A stretch of 56,128 nt of DNA, filler included, from Basidiobolus ranarum (Eukaryota), in NCBI GenBank assembly GCA_040143965.1. It is 2 parts of 2 records of this genome, joined end to end, with 100 filler letters (N's around TTAATTAATTAA, not from the genome) between each part and the next. Parts side by side here need not be neighbours in the genome. Positions count along the whole stretch, not along the records: positions 1 to 28,068 come from JASJQH010006993.1; 1 more part is not named here. One strand, written 5' to 3'. The stretch's first letter is position 1. Each line of letters starts with the position of its first letter. Shown in pieces: positions 13,820 to 26,945 of the stretch. A model generated the notes under the pieces. It made no database searches, was not told the origin of the DNA, and saw nothing but the letters and a program-made list of their open reading frames with translations. The translations under genes were made by a program, and so were the position numbers.

Positions 13820-14698
13820 TCAAGTTGAAAGTGATGAGGTTACTGGCTCTTCAAATCTTTGTTTCCTGAATGGTGGCTCTAAATCCGTAAAGTAGGGATC
13901 CTTGTCAACCAGTATAGTGTGCAGCCATTTAATTTCCATCTCAAGCTCTTTCACCTTTTGTTCAAGCAAGTTCGCCCTATTAGACATATCTTTGGCGGCT
14001 TGCTCTAAAGCTTGCTCTCGAAGCTTCTTTTTGATCCGGAATCGAGCTGAGGCTGCAGTATTTCTGCGCCTCTTATCTTCATCATTTTCCAGCTTAGCTG
14101 TAAGTTCCGGGTTACTCTCAGCGGCAGTCATCAAGGCTACCCGAACAGCCTCTCGATTAGGATTACGTTTTCTTTTACTGGTAGTAGTGGAACTGACCGC
14201 TGTCAGGTCAGGATGTGGAACACCGTTGGGTAATATAGGTGCATAATTTATATAGGCATTTCGTTTAACTCGTGAGATGGTAGTTGTCTGTGGAGTCAAT
14301 AACATCACCTGAGTCGGAGTAGTTTGGGGAGAGTAAGGTGGAGAATGAGTTAGTTCTGGAAGCGACTGTGGATTCAGATTAGGATTAGAGTCGGCAAAGT
14401 ATTGATATATTGGGAGCAATGTTGGGTTCTCCGACATAGTGGAGCTCACTAGAGAACAGAAAGCTGTGATTAGCAACTTCGAAGGCAAGTGTTTAGATGG
14501 AATTGATAGATGTTTACTTTGTGTGCAGTTGACCGGATCCATAATAGGAAATACATTGCTATGTCCTGAAGAGATTGGATTTGCATCCAAAGAAGACTGA
14601 GTGGAGCTCCACGGTTGAAAGTAATTTTTACATAGCTCGCTATTGAACATGGGGATTTGATTAGAGCTTATGGTTCCAAAGTGACTCTGTTGATTCAT
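13820..14698 (-). CDS. metR: bZIP transcription factor, MetR/CYS-3/Zip1 sulfur-regulator family
   Basis: Basic region EDKRRRNTAASARFRIKKKLREQALE and zipper ending EMEIKWL are diagnostic of the CYS-3/MetR family. First ATG at 14698. Probable in-frame intron 14464-14517. TATA-like element at about 14825 on the minus strand. Confidence 0.85.
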   Translation of the reverse strand: MNQQSHFGTISSNQIPMFNSELCKNYFQPWSSTQSSLDANPISSGHSNVFPIMDPVNCTQSKHLSIPSKHLPSKLLITAFCSLVSSTMSENPTLLPIYQYFADSNPNLNPQSLPELTHSPPYSPQTTPTQVMLLTPQTTTISRVKRNAYINYAPILPNGVPHPDLTAVSSTTTSKRKRNPNREAVRVALMTAAESNPELTAKLENDEDKRRRNTAASARFRIKKKLREQALEQAAKDMSNRANLLEQKVKELEMEIKWLHTILVDKDPYFTDLEPPFRKQRFEEPVTSSLST

Positions 14699-15469
14699 TA
14701 TTTTCGGATTCGTTTCAAGAGAATGCTTGATGAACACAACTACAAGCGCTGATTAAAACTGCTCGAGGGTGGCTTTGGAAAAGAGACGGATATATGTATG
14801 AATGAATGAAGGGGAACTCTTTCTTTTTATATTCTCGACATTGAGATGAAGGCCGTATTAGGTCAAAAGCACTGTAGATCGAGCTTAGGGAAATTGATGA
14901 ACATTCTTCACATCCGCCAGAGTGAAAATCAATACTGAGGCTGAGGCCATCAATTTACGATCCCATTGCCCAGACTTGTTGATGGTATTTTCCCATCCTA
15001 GCTGCATGGTATCAAGCCAGCGACGAATAATAATCAAGCTCAGTCGTATTCTGGTGTGATAAGAAGATTAGATTCACCCACCATGTGCATGGCCCCTTTC
15101 CTACTGGTGGGATCTTGTGATCCGGGGAATTTTGTTATCTTCGGATTTTATTCTATTTAAAGTTTGACCATTTTGGCAAGATAATGGACCTCCGCTAGAA
15201 CTATGATAGCTACACCTATGAGGACTAATAATTGAATTCCACCACGAATGGCGGTAGACAATCAAGTGGACAAGCACGCCCTCGATAGCAACTAATCAGT
15301 TTCCAAGCGAGGTTTCCCAAAGACTGCGAATATATCATGACTTCTATTTAGGAACTTTGCACGTTATTGAAGGCTTTTTATGTAGCTGCACTGTATACAG
15401 ATTATTAGCCTTGCGTACGTGGCTATGTATCGCTCCAAACAAACTCCTTTTTAATAATCGAGAACATGA

Positions 15470-16560
15470 TATCCATCTTTTTCGCCTGGCATTCTAAATT
15501 CGATAGAACTTGGCCCCAATGATCCTTTCTCGACAATCCCAACCAATGGCCAGCATTCATGAAGCACAGATTCCCCGCAGAGTGTCTTGAGACTGTTGAG
15601 CTAGTTGGAGTGGAAGCGAAGAGGGTTGGGATACTCACACTTCTTTACAAGCAGTACCTTTCTCTACCCAGGTACTTATCCTGGACTTGAAAATTACCTT
15701 GAACCGGTAATATACTATTCTATCTTTGAACATCAACTGATCTACACAAGATTAAATCGGGTTAAGGACCATCTCTTGATCCAAAGCGGCCATTCTAGAC
15801 TAGGAAATTGACAACACTGAGATTTTGGGGATAGCCCTTAAAGTTCGGGTTTTTTCCCTTCAATCAGTGCATTAGTGAAAGATTTTGATCACGATTTACG
15901 GAAAAATGACCTTGCATATGTAAATCCATTTGTTACTCTAGGCCTATCCAAGAGAATTTCGCCAGGGACTTCAAGCCAATGGAAATGATCTAGCATAGCT
16001 TGAGGCGCGGTATGCACAAGACTTACTCAATATATGTTCTCTCTAGTTTCCTTTCATAGAATAATGCTGCTTACATTGAATTCCCTCCACTAACTAATAG
16101 CTAACGCAACTTCCATCATCTAGAAGTGGCGACATGGCGGTGATAGGGATGATACGAAGCGTAGATGTGACCTAAATCGAACAAAACTAATCTCATCAAA
16201 TCGGAACAGAAGGTAAATTGGGTAGTCCCAGTAGTTTCGAATCCTCTCATTGTGTATCTAGTGCATGTTACGCAGCTACCACTAGAGGAAGGTGGTCTCA
16301 ATGTCTTTAGAAATGATTTCTCGAGCATTGATGCCGATGATAAGATCATGATTAAATCAGTTTATCTAAAGTTGCCTCTAGAGGAAAGCGAACTTGCTAC
16401 ATGCGAGAATTCCCCTTTTCCCTTGGGTTTCTTCTGGCTATTGCATACAGCATCGCACATCCCTAAGTGGTCCTTCCTTATGAAGCCAGCCAGTGTGCAC
16501 CTAGTTTGGCTAGTACATGTTATAAAAGGCCTAATGCGGAAGAGTCAGTTTCCTTTTGAA
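15470..16560 (+). mobile_element. Highly eroded non-LTR (L1/Tx1-like LINE) reverse-transcriptase fossil
   Basis: Motif remnants occur in the expected order across frames: SPGI (~15482), GILTLLYK (15628-15651), LENY.EP, IYTRLNRV.DHL, VKDFD (~15878), YLVHVTQLP and LPLEEGGL (~16275). Many stops and frameshifts; YADD not found. Confidence 0.5.
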
Positions 16561-19079
16561 TTCAACTTGGGTATCCCAGAGACTATAGAAGGCATTGTGC
16601 TCATACATCCGAGTAAAGATATTATGTGCCACCTTAAGATAGTATATCAATCCGAATGTTAATCTCCCGATTTTTTTTCATTGATAGTGATATCGAATAT
16701 TATTCGCATATTCCAAAAGCTAATTGTTATTATTAGATCCCATTTACGATGCCTGAGACTAACAGAAGGATTCAACAAGGTCCATTCAAGAAATCTGTAA
16801 ATTACAGTATCGCCTTTGCTTGTTAATCATTACCATTCGGACGATCAAGATGGCCTCGACAGATGACCTTATTATAAGGTGAGTCTCAAGGGACACCATT
16901 CCCCTCCGATTACCCTTCGTTCTACTCGATAAACCGGTGGAAAAGTAACCTACTACTGTCCACATGATGAGAATATTTACTTCCAAAGAACACTACTCGT
17001 ACTTGATGGAGCGATGACTAATTTAAACAATAAGAGGTACTATCTACTGTCTTTCCCCCTCGAATCCCCACTGCTAGGTTTACTGATAACTCCCACGTCA
17101 TCTCAGGATAGAGCTTGTTTAATTCAAAGACATCTTCTGTGGTACATCGAATGAGCTTGCAGAATATACATAGGGATGGGAAAATAAACCGAACGTGAGT
17201 AGGCCCTAGGATTTTGGATCTTTACTGCATTACGTAAGTACCTGATTCGAGCAAACAGCTATTCAATTGATGAATTTGAAACCATACTCGCCTTCAGCGT
17301 TCTGGATATTTCTTGGCATAGCTATTTGAAGTATATAATAGGCAGTAACGGGTAGTTCTCGAATTTGGAGCCATTTGGAATGGCTTTCAGTAAATCCGAA
17401 CGAGACTTGTTTTAGCAATTTCTGGTTCTTGTACTAAATGGTGGTTTTTTGGAATGGCCGCTGATGTTACAGTGTAATCATAGCTGTATCACGATGGAGT
17501 AATGCCTTGACTGAATCTATTGAACACTGCACTTCTGATATTCACCAAATCATTTCAACCAGTTTCTTGAAATAGATATAAATCGACTCGAATCAACAGA
17601 GTGTAATTGTTGTACTCGACTGTGACAACGTAATGAGGGATGGTGCATGAGATCAAAGGAGACCGTACCAGTTGTTAGATGATAATGATTCGCAACTATT
17701 GCGGCAAAACCCAATTCTGGTTTGTGGTACTACGATGTACATATTGTGGTAAGTGGTATTAGAGATTTTAATCTTTGTTGGTCAAACACACAATTCACTG
17801 CTGAATTTTAGTTAGTCGATCAACTTGGATTGTTACCTATTTCTTGAATCAATCGCTTTGAACTGGCCTCTACCTTTGATACCACACGTATGTTAATCAA
17901 ATCCACCGATCTCTAAATCTTGTTTCCAAATATATCACGCTCTCTCAAGACAGTCATTATACTGTTGAGCAGCAACAACAACAGAACAAGACAGACACTA
18001 CAATGCTATCAGATCTTGGGTTTTTTATGGTTCTGTTGAGGGTTCAATAGATTGGAGCCAGTGAAGTTGCTCCGCTAGACTATGGCCTTGTGCTTTGTTT
18101 TACATGCGACTTTTGAAAGCGATCCATATAATCACCTCGAGATGGGGCCAGAAGGTTACCTGAGAGGGGTCCGAGATGGTGATGATTCCACAAGTATCCT
18201 CAAATTCACTAATTAGTATATCTTCCTGATAGTATCGGAAAATCATCATCCTTGTAGAATGAGGCCGGTAAAACAAGGTAATACGGAGTACAAGAAATAT
18301 ATGAATAGAAAAGGTCGGCTCTACTCAACATGCCAATTCAACCAAAAACCCTTTATTATATGCTAAACTTTAGTTAGTTAAACCTACAATCCGGAAATTG
18401 AAACCTCTACTCACATATTTGAGTAAATTAATCCGAATATTCCTGGAATTTCAATGAGATATTTGTAATACACAATGTACAGATGCATTAGCAGAGATTT
18501 CATTCCAATTTAAATGAATACACCTAGTAGTCAAGTCATAGATCTGCTATATATCGTACAAGAACTTGTTTACGAAGGATCAACAATGTAGCATAAATGA
18601 AGCTATCTACAGCGTATGTCACTTGATCACTATCCTCAAGCCATCAAACAGCGCACATCGTGGGGATCAAGCCACGACAAGTTTACCTTAATCAAATAGG
18701 TGTGTCCAAGTATCTACTCCAGATTATGTTTACGAATGATATGCTTTGACTGGCGATGTATGAAGTATAATGCTACATGCAGTCTGTCTAGAAGGTGATG
18801 TATGCATACAGGGTGACTATAATCCAAATTCTTTTCATCTCCAGGTTTTGACCTTGCCCACAATGCAGGGCCATCGGGTAAACACCGAAATGAGGTTGGG
18901 AGTAAATAAATAAATAGCCCAACCAAGAACATGGCGACAAACCATCATGCAAGTCTAAGTTCGTTATTTTATAGCTCGCTCCATTTCACAAAGAACATCC
19001 TACTTAGAGAACACTTTTACTTTTAGGTCAGCCAGGCTTTACTACACTTTTTTTATTTGGTTCTAGATCACTGTCCAGA

Positions 19080-20887
19080 ATGCACCCCAAGACTGATCGG
19101 AAAAAAAGACTCTCTTCTCAAAGCGCGATCCAACAAAAGGTTGTTTATACTTCCACATCCGAAGAGTTGAGTGATCGATCAACACATCCCAATCGCACAA
19201 CAAAAGTTTCTCAAAAATTGGCTTTATTTCCCGATGAAGGAGATGAGGCTTTCTCTACTGAGAGTTTAAGTGAAGGAGAAGAATTTTACAGCCAAATATC
19301 GCAAACACCCAAGAATACCCAGCATACAAAACGAATGATCCAGCTGAAGCGCAAAGATCTCCCTAGAGTCACAGCTTATGGCACCGCAAAGTAGATATTT
19401 TTGCTACCATGATTACTTGAGTACTGCTATTAACCATTTACGTATAGCTCATATAGGATGGATCTACTCCTAAAATATCTACAAAACCGACGGCATAGTA
19501 TTATCAACAATGCCCCCAAACGAATAGATGAGTGGTATGTTTCTTGAAAGGTCTATAGAACTCTAGCATTCTGCGTCATTAACTTCGTATACTTTCCTTA
19601 GCCTCTACTCGTCCATATCATTGGAGTTTGAATGCCCATCTACCATTGTACAAATTAGTTGCTTGGAACCTGGTGAGAACACTCTTTCCCCAGAGACCAG
19701 GACGTTCGCGCAGTTCTTAGAGAGTGAGGAAACTCTGAAGGTTGGGGAGCTGTTTTTCTTCGACTACGGAGTTATCGTTATGTGGGGATTTACTGAATTA
19801 CAGGAGAAATCACTTCTAATGGAACTTTCAACATTTGAGCAAGAGAGACTTGGTAATTTTACAACTTTTGCCATGGAATCACTTCCCTTTCAGCCTTGAT
19901 TGAACATTCTTCTCTTAGACGAAACAGACATTAAAGTGGAGGAGCTAAATTTCCATTATGATCCCTCATGCCAACCATGGTAAGTCCCACTATCGGGAGC
20001 TTTAAAGGAGTATTACTAATTTGAATCCTTAAGCATTTATAATGATATTATTTCACTAAAAAACCCGCGAAATTATATGGTCAAGTTAACCATATCACAT
20101 GCAATTGCTCAATCCGTGAAGATGACATTGTTTGAAGATTTAGTGGACCAGACAATCAATGACACCAAACACATCCCACAAATTATGGCTGAAACGGGGA
20201 AAGTGAACCTGTCAAGGTAGATGTGACCAACCTAACTGTGCACCAAATCACAATCTAACATATCATCCTTATATACAAGACATGCTATAACTTCTAAGAT
20301 AGGCCAAGTACGACCTTACTGTTTCTACCAAATATGCGCCACATCTCTAACGGCTTATTCAAGCTGTTTATTGTTAGAATCAATGTAAATTTGGTGAGTA
20401 ATATATTAGACACCCCCGAGATATTCTGGTCCGAACCTGCACAGCAACCATTATATAATGCCATCCGAGGTAAGCGGTATTCCATCTGGTCTGGATGAGT
20501 TGCGATATAAATGCCAATTTCCCAAGGATATCTCGAGATCTCCCAACGGGTTGAACTACTGAATCAGAGAGTTACGGTAATCAACGACCTTCTGGAAATG
20601 CTCAAAGATCATTTAAACAGCAGTCATGGTACATATTTCGTTGCAATGTTTATTCATTTTTCTGATGATCTAATTGTGGATAAAATAGGGGAAACTTTGG
20701 AGTATATTGTAATCATACTGATTGGTAAGACATCTTTACGTACATCTCGATGAGTAAACGGCTCATACTAAAGTGTTGTTCAACCGTACCTCATGATCTA
20801 TTATTCCTATTCCATATTAAAGCCGCAGAGATTCTAATTGGCATCACTACCATATGCTTTGAAGTAGCCAATTTTGTTCAAGGTTAA
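19080..20887 (+). CDS. RMD1: Sporulation protein RMD1/Sif2 family (DUF155)
   Basis: Multi-exon intact frame with PNRTTKVSQKLALFP, LPRVTAYGTA, ELFFFDYGVIVMWGFT, KLTISHAIAQSVK, LDTPEIFWSEP, GYLEISQRVELLNQR and LEYIVIILI. Confidence 0.9.
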
Positions 20888-21205
20888 ATGAGTTTCCTCT
20901 TTAGTACCCTCTTGCTAATCTTTTGGCCTTCCCGATACACATTTGAGAATAACATTCAATATTTCTAATTCCATCCACATTCTTTTTTGACCTTCTATAA
21001 ACATTGACTGTGACTGTGTATCTATTCCTAATTGATGATCTGGCTTATCTCTTCTAATCATGTATATTTATGGCATAATGAACTTTAAGTCATACACCAA
21101 AACCTAGCAAGAGCACTCGTGGAGATTGTTTAAGCCATATGGTTTACAATGAAGCCATCAAGTGTTTATTCTCAAGAGAGGTATAAACACACTTACAAGA
21201 GAAAT

Positions 21206-21984
21206 TTAGTATTTGGCCTTCTCTTGAGTTTTGCTCAAATAGTCTGAAAACTCTTGGTAAGGACCCAAAGAAAATGTCGATTCAGTCCACAAATCGGGGG
21301 TTAAGAAAGTGTAGGTATGACCGATGGCGGCAAAAGTAGCCTTGACGAAGTTGCCCAAGGTACGAGTTGAACCACGAGCAGTAGTGTAGCAATCAGTGAT
21401 ACCAGCGAGTTGCAAAAGTTTCTTGGAGGTGGGAGCGGCGACGATACTGGTACCACGAGGGGCGGGAACAAGACGAGTAACAGTTGAACCACACTTTCCA
21501 GTTACCTTAGCAGGCACGTATGAGGCATACCAAGAGAAGAACCCCAGTATCCTCTACGCACAGGAATGATACTAAGCTTACCAAGTATAATGGCACCACG
21601 AATGGCAGTAGCTACTTCCTTAGCACACTTAACACCGAGTCCTACGTGACCGTTGGAATCACCAATAAGAACAAAGGCCTTGAAGCGGGTTCTTTGACCT
21701 GCAGTTGTTTGCTTTTGAACAGGCATAATTTTGATGACCTCATCCTTTAAGCTAGGGCGGAAGTAATCGATAATTTGGTATTCCTTTACGGGAAGAGAGA
21801 AAAGGTAGATTTGCTCCATGGATTTTATCTTACCATCTTTGACGAGACGACCAAGCTTGGTGACAGGAACCCATTGGGCCTCCTCATCCTTACGCCCACC
21901 ACGCCGTCCACGTCCGCGGTCACCACGGCCACGTCCAAAACCGCCACGTCTACCACGACTATCGTCCGGTGCTGAATCAGCCAT
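21206..21984 (-). CDS. RPS2: 40S ribosomal protein S2 (uS5), with an apparent 1-bp deletion at 21517/21518
   Basis: RGG-rich N-terminus, [32 protein letters not shown] and VRRGYWG. The protein continues [11 protein letters not shown]...[10 protein letters not shown] in another frame after CAT AC^GTG. Confidence 0.95.
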
Positions 21985-21987
21985 TTG

Positions 21988-22164
21988 CTACGCAAAACAT
22001 TATTGTCAGTTGAAGTATTTATAGAAAACATCTTGATTATGGAATCTGTTCACTGACTTGATGCATCCATCTATTATATAAGAATCACATGGGTAATACC
22101 GGGAAACCAACATCAACCAACACCTTGGGTCAACATAAAATAAAAAACCAGCCAAGTTACTTAC
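21988..22164 (-). other. Probable 5'-UTR intron of RPS2
   Basis: GTAAGT donor at 22164, CTGAC branch-like site, and TAG acceptor ending 3 nt before the ATG. Confidence 0.6.
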
Positions 22165-23661
22165 ATAATCTGACTAATAAATCCCCAAGGGTGTAGGAGA
22201 AGCAAGTCAACTATGTCATCGAACTGCTTTAAGTATGTTAGAAGTATAGGAGACTACATCACTGATCAACAGAAAATTATGACTCGGTAACAGAACTACA
22301 AATAAAGCCAAAGACTCTTCTGTGGATGCAACGCACAAGTTCCATCGAAGGATATAGTGAATTCTCCACAACAATTGAATCTCCTAATATAGTCTTCAAA
22401 TTTCACTTTATCAGCGTGCCTGAACAAGAAACACACTACCATTAATATTAGAGTACTTAACTGAAAAACCCAGTATCCACATGAAATCAAACCAATTTTA
22501 CATATATAGCTTAATGTACACAAGCAATTTTTACTAGAATCCTTCAACGAAGTCCCTGTGGGACATCTTATGCATATCAACACTTTCTACCTTTATTTTG
22601 TGGTAACTCAATTTATAACACTGCTGGTATATTAGTATTTAATAATTCAATATTGTGTGACTTTCCCGTTACAGCAGGAGCTGCCAAGGACATATATATT
22701 ATACATTATTCAAAGTGATCCATGGACTAGAGCAAGCACAAATACTCATTTTTGCAAGACTTCGAGCTGTCTAACAATTGAAGTAACATGGAGGCATGGG
22801 TAGGAAATTGAATAATAACTTCTTTAGGGAAGATATCAGGTATTGATGTATTCTAAATCAAACCATTCAAAAAACCAAATTTAGTGAAATATGACAAAGA
22901 CCTTGCTCTCACAGGATTAAGTCATATTGTGTATTTCATTTTCATAAAATCAGAAACTTGGCTAAAAATAAAGAAAGCCAATATCCGTTGCCAGCCTTTA
23001 TCCGTTGAGCGTGAAGAAAAGTTGCTACTCGCTATCTAGAAATAATCCGAAGTTTCTCACCAATGCTGAATCAAAGACATCATACAGCTAGCTCAGAGAT
23101 GAATAACCAGATGGGACTCGGTAAACTTCCTTTTTGAAATGTTGGCTTTATTAGCTGTACCACGAAAAGATAAATTATCACCTATTCTATTGTAAATGGA
23201 TCTGATGATGACGGATTCTTGATGTATATGGCACTCTAATTCGTTGAGACTATGTTTAATTAGAGTATAATGGATCATAAATGGCAATTGCGAATCTATT
23301 TTTAAACTGAACCAATACGCCGACAAGGGGCCAATAGTCTATATTATATTTAGTTAAAATTATGCAGATAGTGGATTTGATGGAGTCTATTGCTTCGTTG
23401 TCAAGTCATTTCATTGTATCCATTTGTAACAATTGCGCCAATACCAAATGTAACAAATATATGCGTTAGGCTATATCTGACTCGAGTTTCTAGAAAAGAA
23501 CACTAAATTCAGCCGATGTTACACAATCACTCAGCCCAATCAATCTTCATTTTGGCATCTATTAAATCACACACAGTGCGTTCAGAAATATTTGCTTCTT
23601 ATCCATTTGTTTTCCTCTTCTTGCATACAACTCCTTTAACTCCACCCAAAGACAAGTTATC

Positions 23662-24328
23662 ATGAAAATCGTTTCATTGCTCAGTACCATACTTTCAGCT
23701 GCTCTTGGTGAGTCAAAAGAAGAATATTTTTGCTCTATAATATTTGATGCGACAAGTGTATCTCGAACGCCTTACTAAAATATCATTCTTTACTGTAGTC
23801 AGTGGATTCATATTTGATCCTACGTTAAAGACAGAGTATTCCGTTGGTGAAACCCTTGAGGTATCCATCGTTAACAACTACGACGAACATAATTGGATGG
23901 TTGGAATCCCTTCTGTTAGTATTAGCTTGTATGATGAGTCTGGAACTACGATGCTATACACAATTACAGAGTTGATTCAATTGAAAAAATTCCCCCCTCT
24001 GGACAAGTCAGATGTTATTGAGAAATGGGCTATCCCTGAGGAAATCGACACTCAGTACAAAACAGACGGAAAGTTCTCTTTGGTCATTGATTATCTACAA
24101 TCTAAGCGTGGTTCTGCCAAACCTCTATCCTTCAGAATAGAGCACCCTATCACCATTAAAGATATCCGCAGCACTGGTACTAAAGCCATGCCCCCCGCTC
24201 AACCACGTAAGTCTTCTTTGGCATCAGAGACTACTGGCAATGGTGCCACTCCCGAGAAGCGAGTCGAATACAGTGCCACCTGGGGCTACAACATGATTAA
24301 GTCTTTGTTGGTTAACCATCTTTTGTAA
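23662..24328 (+). CDS. Small secreted/cell-surface protein (signal peptide, beta-sandwich-like region, S/T/P-rich tail)
   Basis: MKIVSLLSTILSAAL signal-like exon, intron 23708-23798 (GTGAGT..CTGTAG), then an in-frame exon to the stop at 24328. Confidence 0.75.
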
Positions 24329-26469
24329 ACTGGCTTTTCCCCACGAGAAATGCAATCTTCAACTTGAATAATGTCTAATCATTTTTTGTATTCGTAAATT
24401 TACCTCCATCATCACTGATATGTTCTTAAGACTACATCTCATTTTCTCCCCGGGAGTTTTATGATAGAATCATCTTTCTGGGAGGGAATATATCTTATAT
24501 TTCTACTCCAAATAAATATGTTCCGATTCCTCCAATTCACCCCTCATGAACTTATGCATTGTATAGCGTTTTAACAAGTCTTGTAGATACTTTTCAGGTA
24601 CTATCAAAGCCATGGTACACGTTGTATTAGTCTTGCACTGTGGGTATTTTGTGGTGACTCAAGATACGAATCCATATTTTTCTATCATTATCCCCACTGG
24701 AAATCCTGCTGTTACATACATATAACGCTGTCTTGTTTTCTTTTCTGCCACCGGAAAGTGGACATAAATGTAGTGTCTGTAACTAACTTACACACATACG
24801 TAAAGTATTATCTGCTCACATAGAGGTAACACGAATTCAATTAACGGCTCCAGAGTGTTGGCCAATGAGGATTATGATTAATATTGATGTAAGCACCAGA
24901 AATTGGCCACTCAACGGGTTATGCTACTCAATTTATATATTTGTGCTCACAAAGGTATTCCACCGCATTAAATTCTCTTGCTCACCATATTGTGTGAATT
25001 GGAGCGACTAGGTGTGGCAACTGATGTTTAGTTTACGACATTCTCAATATAAGATAGGTGATTAAATTAGTAATAAATCAGGGTTGATTTTTAATATGTA
25101 AGAACATTGAATTATTGAACACCAATGACCTAAATATCCCCAATATCAATGAATCAGTCACTACAGGAAAATCAATTTGCCCATCACTATACAAGTGTGA
25201 TCTGATTGTGACGCTTGGTTGTAACAAAAAGAAACACTCGCTCTAACTGATATTTAATGAACCGCGATTGAATTTACGAGGTAAAAAGTAAGTCACCACC
25301 ATGTTTAAGCTGTAACCTGAAATATCATGGGTCAATAGTGGCCATAGGCGCAAAAGTCAATACTGCCAGGGTCGTATGAATCTACGTTGCGATAGCATTA
25401 GATGGTCATCGCATTGGATATTTCATACTGATTCAATATATATGCTGCATTACCATTAAACTCAGTATGGTCTGCCGATAATTTGAGTATCTGATGGATC
25501 CAATTAAAGGCATTTTACTCAGGCGTAAGTGAAAAAGAAGCCAAGCAATAAGAATGGTTTGATGGCTAATATATGGAAATGCTACTCCTCTTGAAGAAGA
25601 AAACTGTCATGTATGATATACCCTATTTTACGAGAGCTTTTCGTACTGTAGTAGCAACACAAGTGGAAAGTACATCACTATTCAAGATTTAAATTGCTTA
25701 TATACAGCACAATATTGAATATAAAGCATTATCAACTTTTGCTGCTGAAAAGTTGAAATGAGTTATGTGTCAATAATCTTGATGCCCGGTAGTTTTATGT
25801 ATCATGCATATTTATTTTTTATGGAAGAATTTCGCAAATATCGGAAAACAGACTGGCGATACTGACTGAAGAAAAGAATACTTTGAAGGTCTGGGAAAAG
25901 TTGCGTGGGCTAGTGTTGACCGGCCCATTAGAAAATTGAAATGATGGCTAAGAAATATTCAACTATGAGCTTGATAGACATTTAGCAGTTGGCCTAAATG
26001 AAATAATTCTGCTTTTACCAAAAATATAGAAAAGCACTTGTGTTAGTCTCAGGACATATACTAATAGAATGAGCAAATCTGGAGCCAATTTGCGTGACTG
26101 TGAAATTTCCAGTGCAACATAACTAATTGCTGTAAAAATAGCACCTATCATAAATATGTGCTCCAAACCTGGACCTAATGATAATTGACTAGGAAAGGAT
26201 ATACAATCTGCAGCTAATACACCTTTAGGGAATTCCAGAGAAAGGTCATTTTGAAAAGAAGAGTTATCACTAACTTTAGAAATATTTATTCGCTTAAAAC
26301 TAAGAACATGAATTTGCACTTATGAGTTAAGCTACAGAGGGAAATGTGGTTGTGTTTGTCAAAAGTAACATAGTCTAAACATTTGGATATTCATATATTG
26401 GTTGGTATTTTGATATTCCATGTTTCACCAAGATATTATGTGCTATTCTCAAGAGGAGTCTACATCAAA

Positions 26470-26668
26470 GTACTTGGATATTTAGATTCTTCAAACTGGT
26501 CCTACAGACCCCAAATACTTAAACTGGCTTCTGGGACCTTTCTTATTGCATTGTGCACAGTTACTATCTTTCTCTTGACTAAATTGTAATGTAACTTTTG
26601 ACTCAATATATCAATCGGTGAAAACTACCAATACATGGCATTCTCCAAACACACAAAATACTTCAACA
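26470..26668 (-). repeat. LTR-like repeat, copy C (inverted)
   Basis: Starts TGTTGAAGTATTT on the minus strand and aligns by eye with copy B (TTGGTAGTTTTCA, AGAAAGGTCCCAGA, GTTTGAAGAATCTAAATATC). Confidence 0.6.
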
Positions 26669-26733
26669 TGTCATGAATACTGGGTTTGCACTCTCTGAAA
26701 TGACTACCTCCCAATTTTCTAGGGCCTATACCT

Positions 26734-26945
26734 TGTAAAAGTATTTTGGGAGCATGTTGGAAGTCGTATGGAGAACTACATAAGTTGGTGGTTTCAAATA
26801 TTTGTATATTGAGTAGAAGGTTGACAGTTATTGTTCTGTTAAGAACTAAGCACACAATTGTGTAGAATGGGTTAAGGATGGTCCCAATAACATGTGTGCA
26901 AAGCTTGATACAACTAGTCAAAGCTTGAAAAATAAATATATTTAA
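26734..26945 (+). repeat. LTR-like repeat, copy A
   Basis: TGTAAAAGTATTTTGGGAGCATGTTGGAAG... is a diverged direct repeat of 27145-27360. Confidence 0.65.

Noticed and set aside
16205..16250. tRNA-like TTCGAATCC motif
   Set aside because: No acceptor stem, D-arm or anticodon arm can be formed around it.
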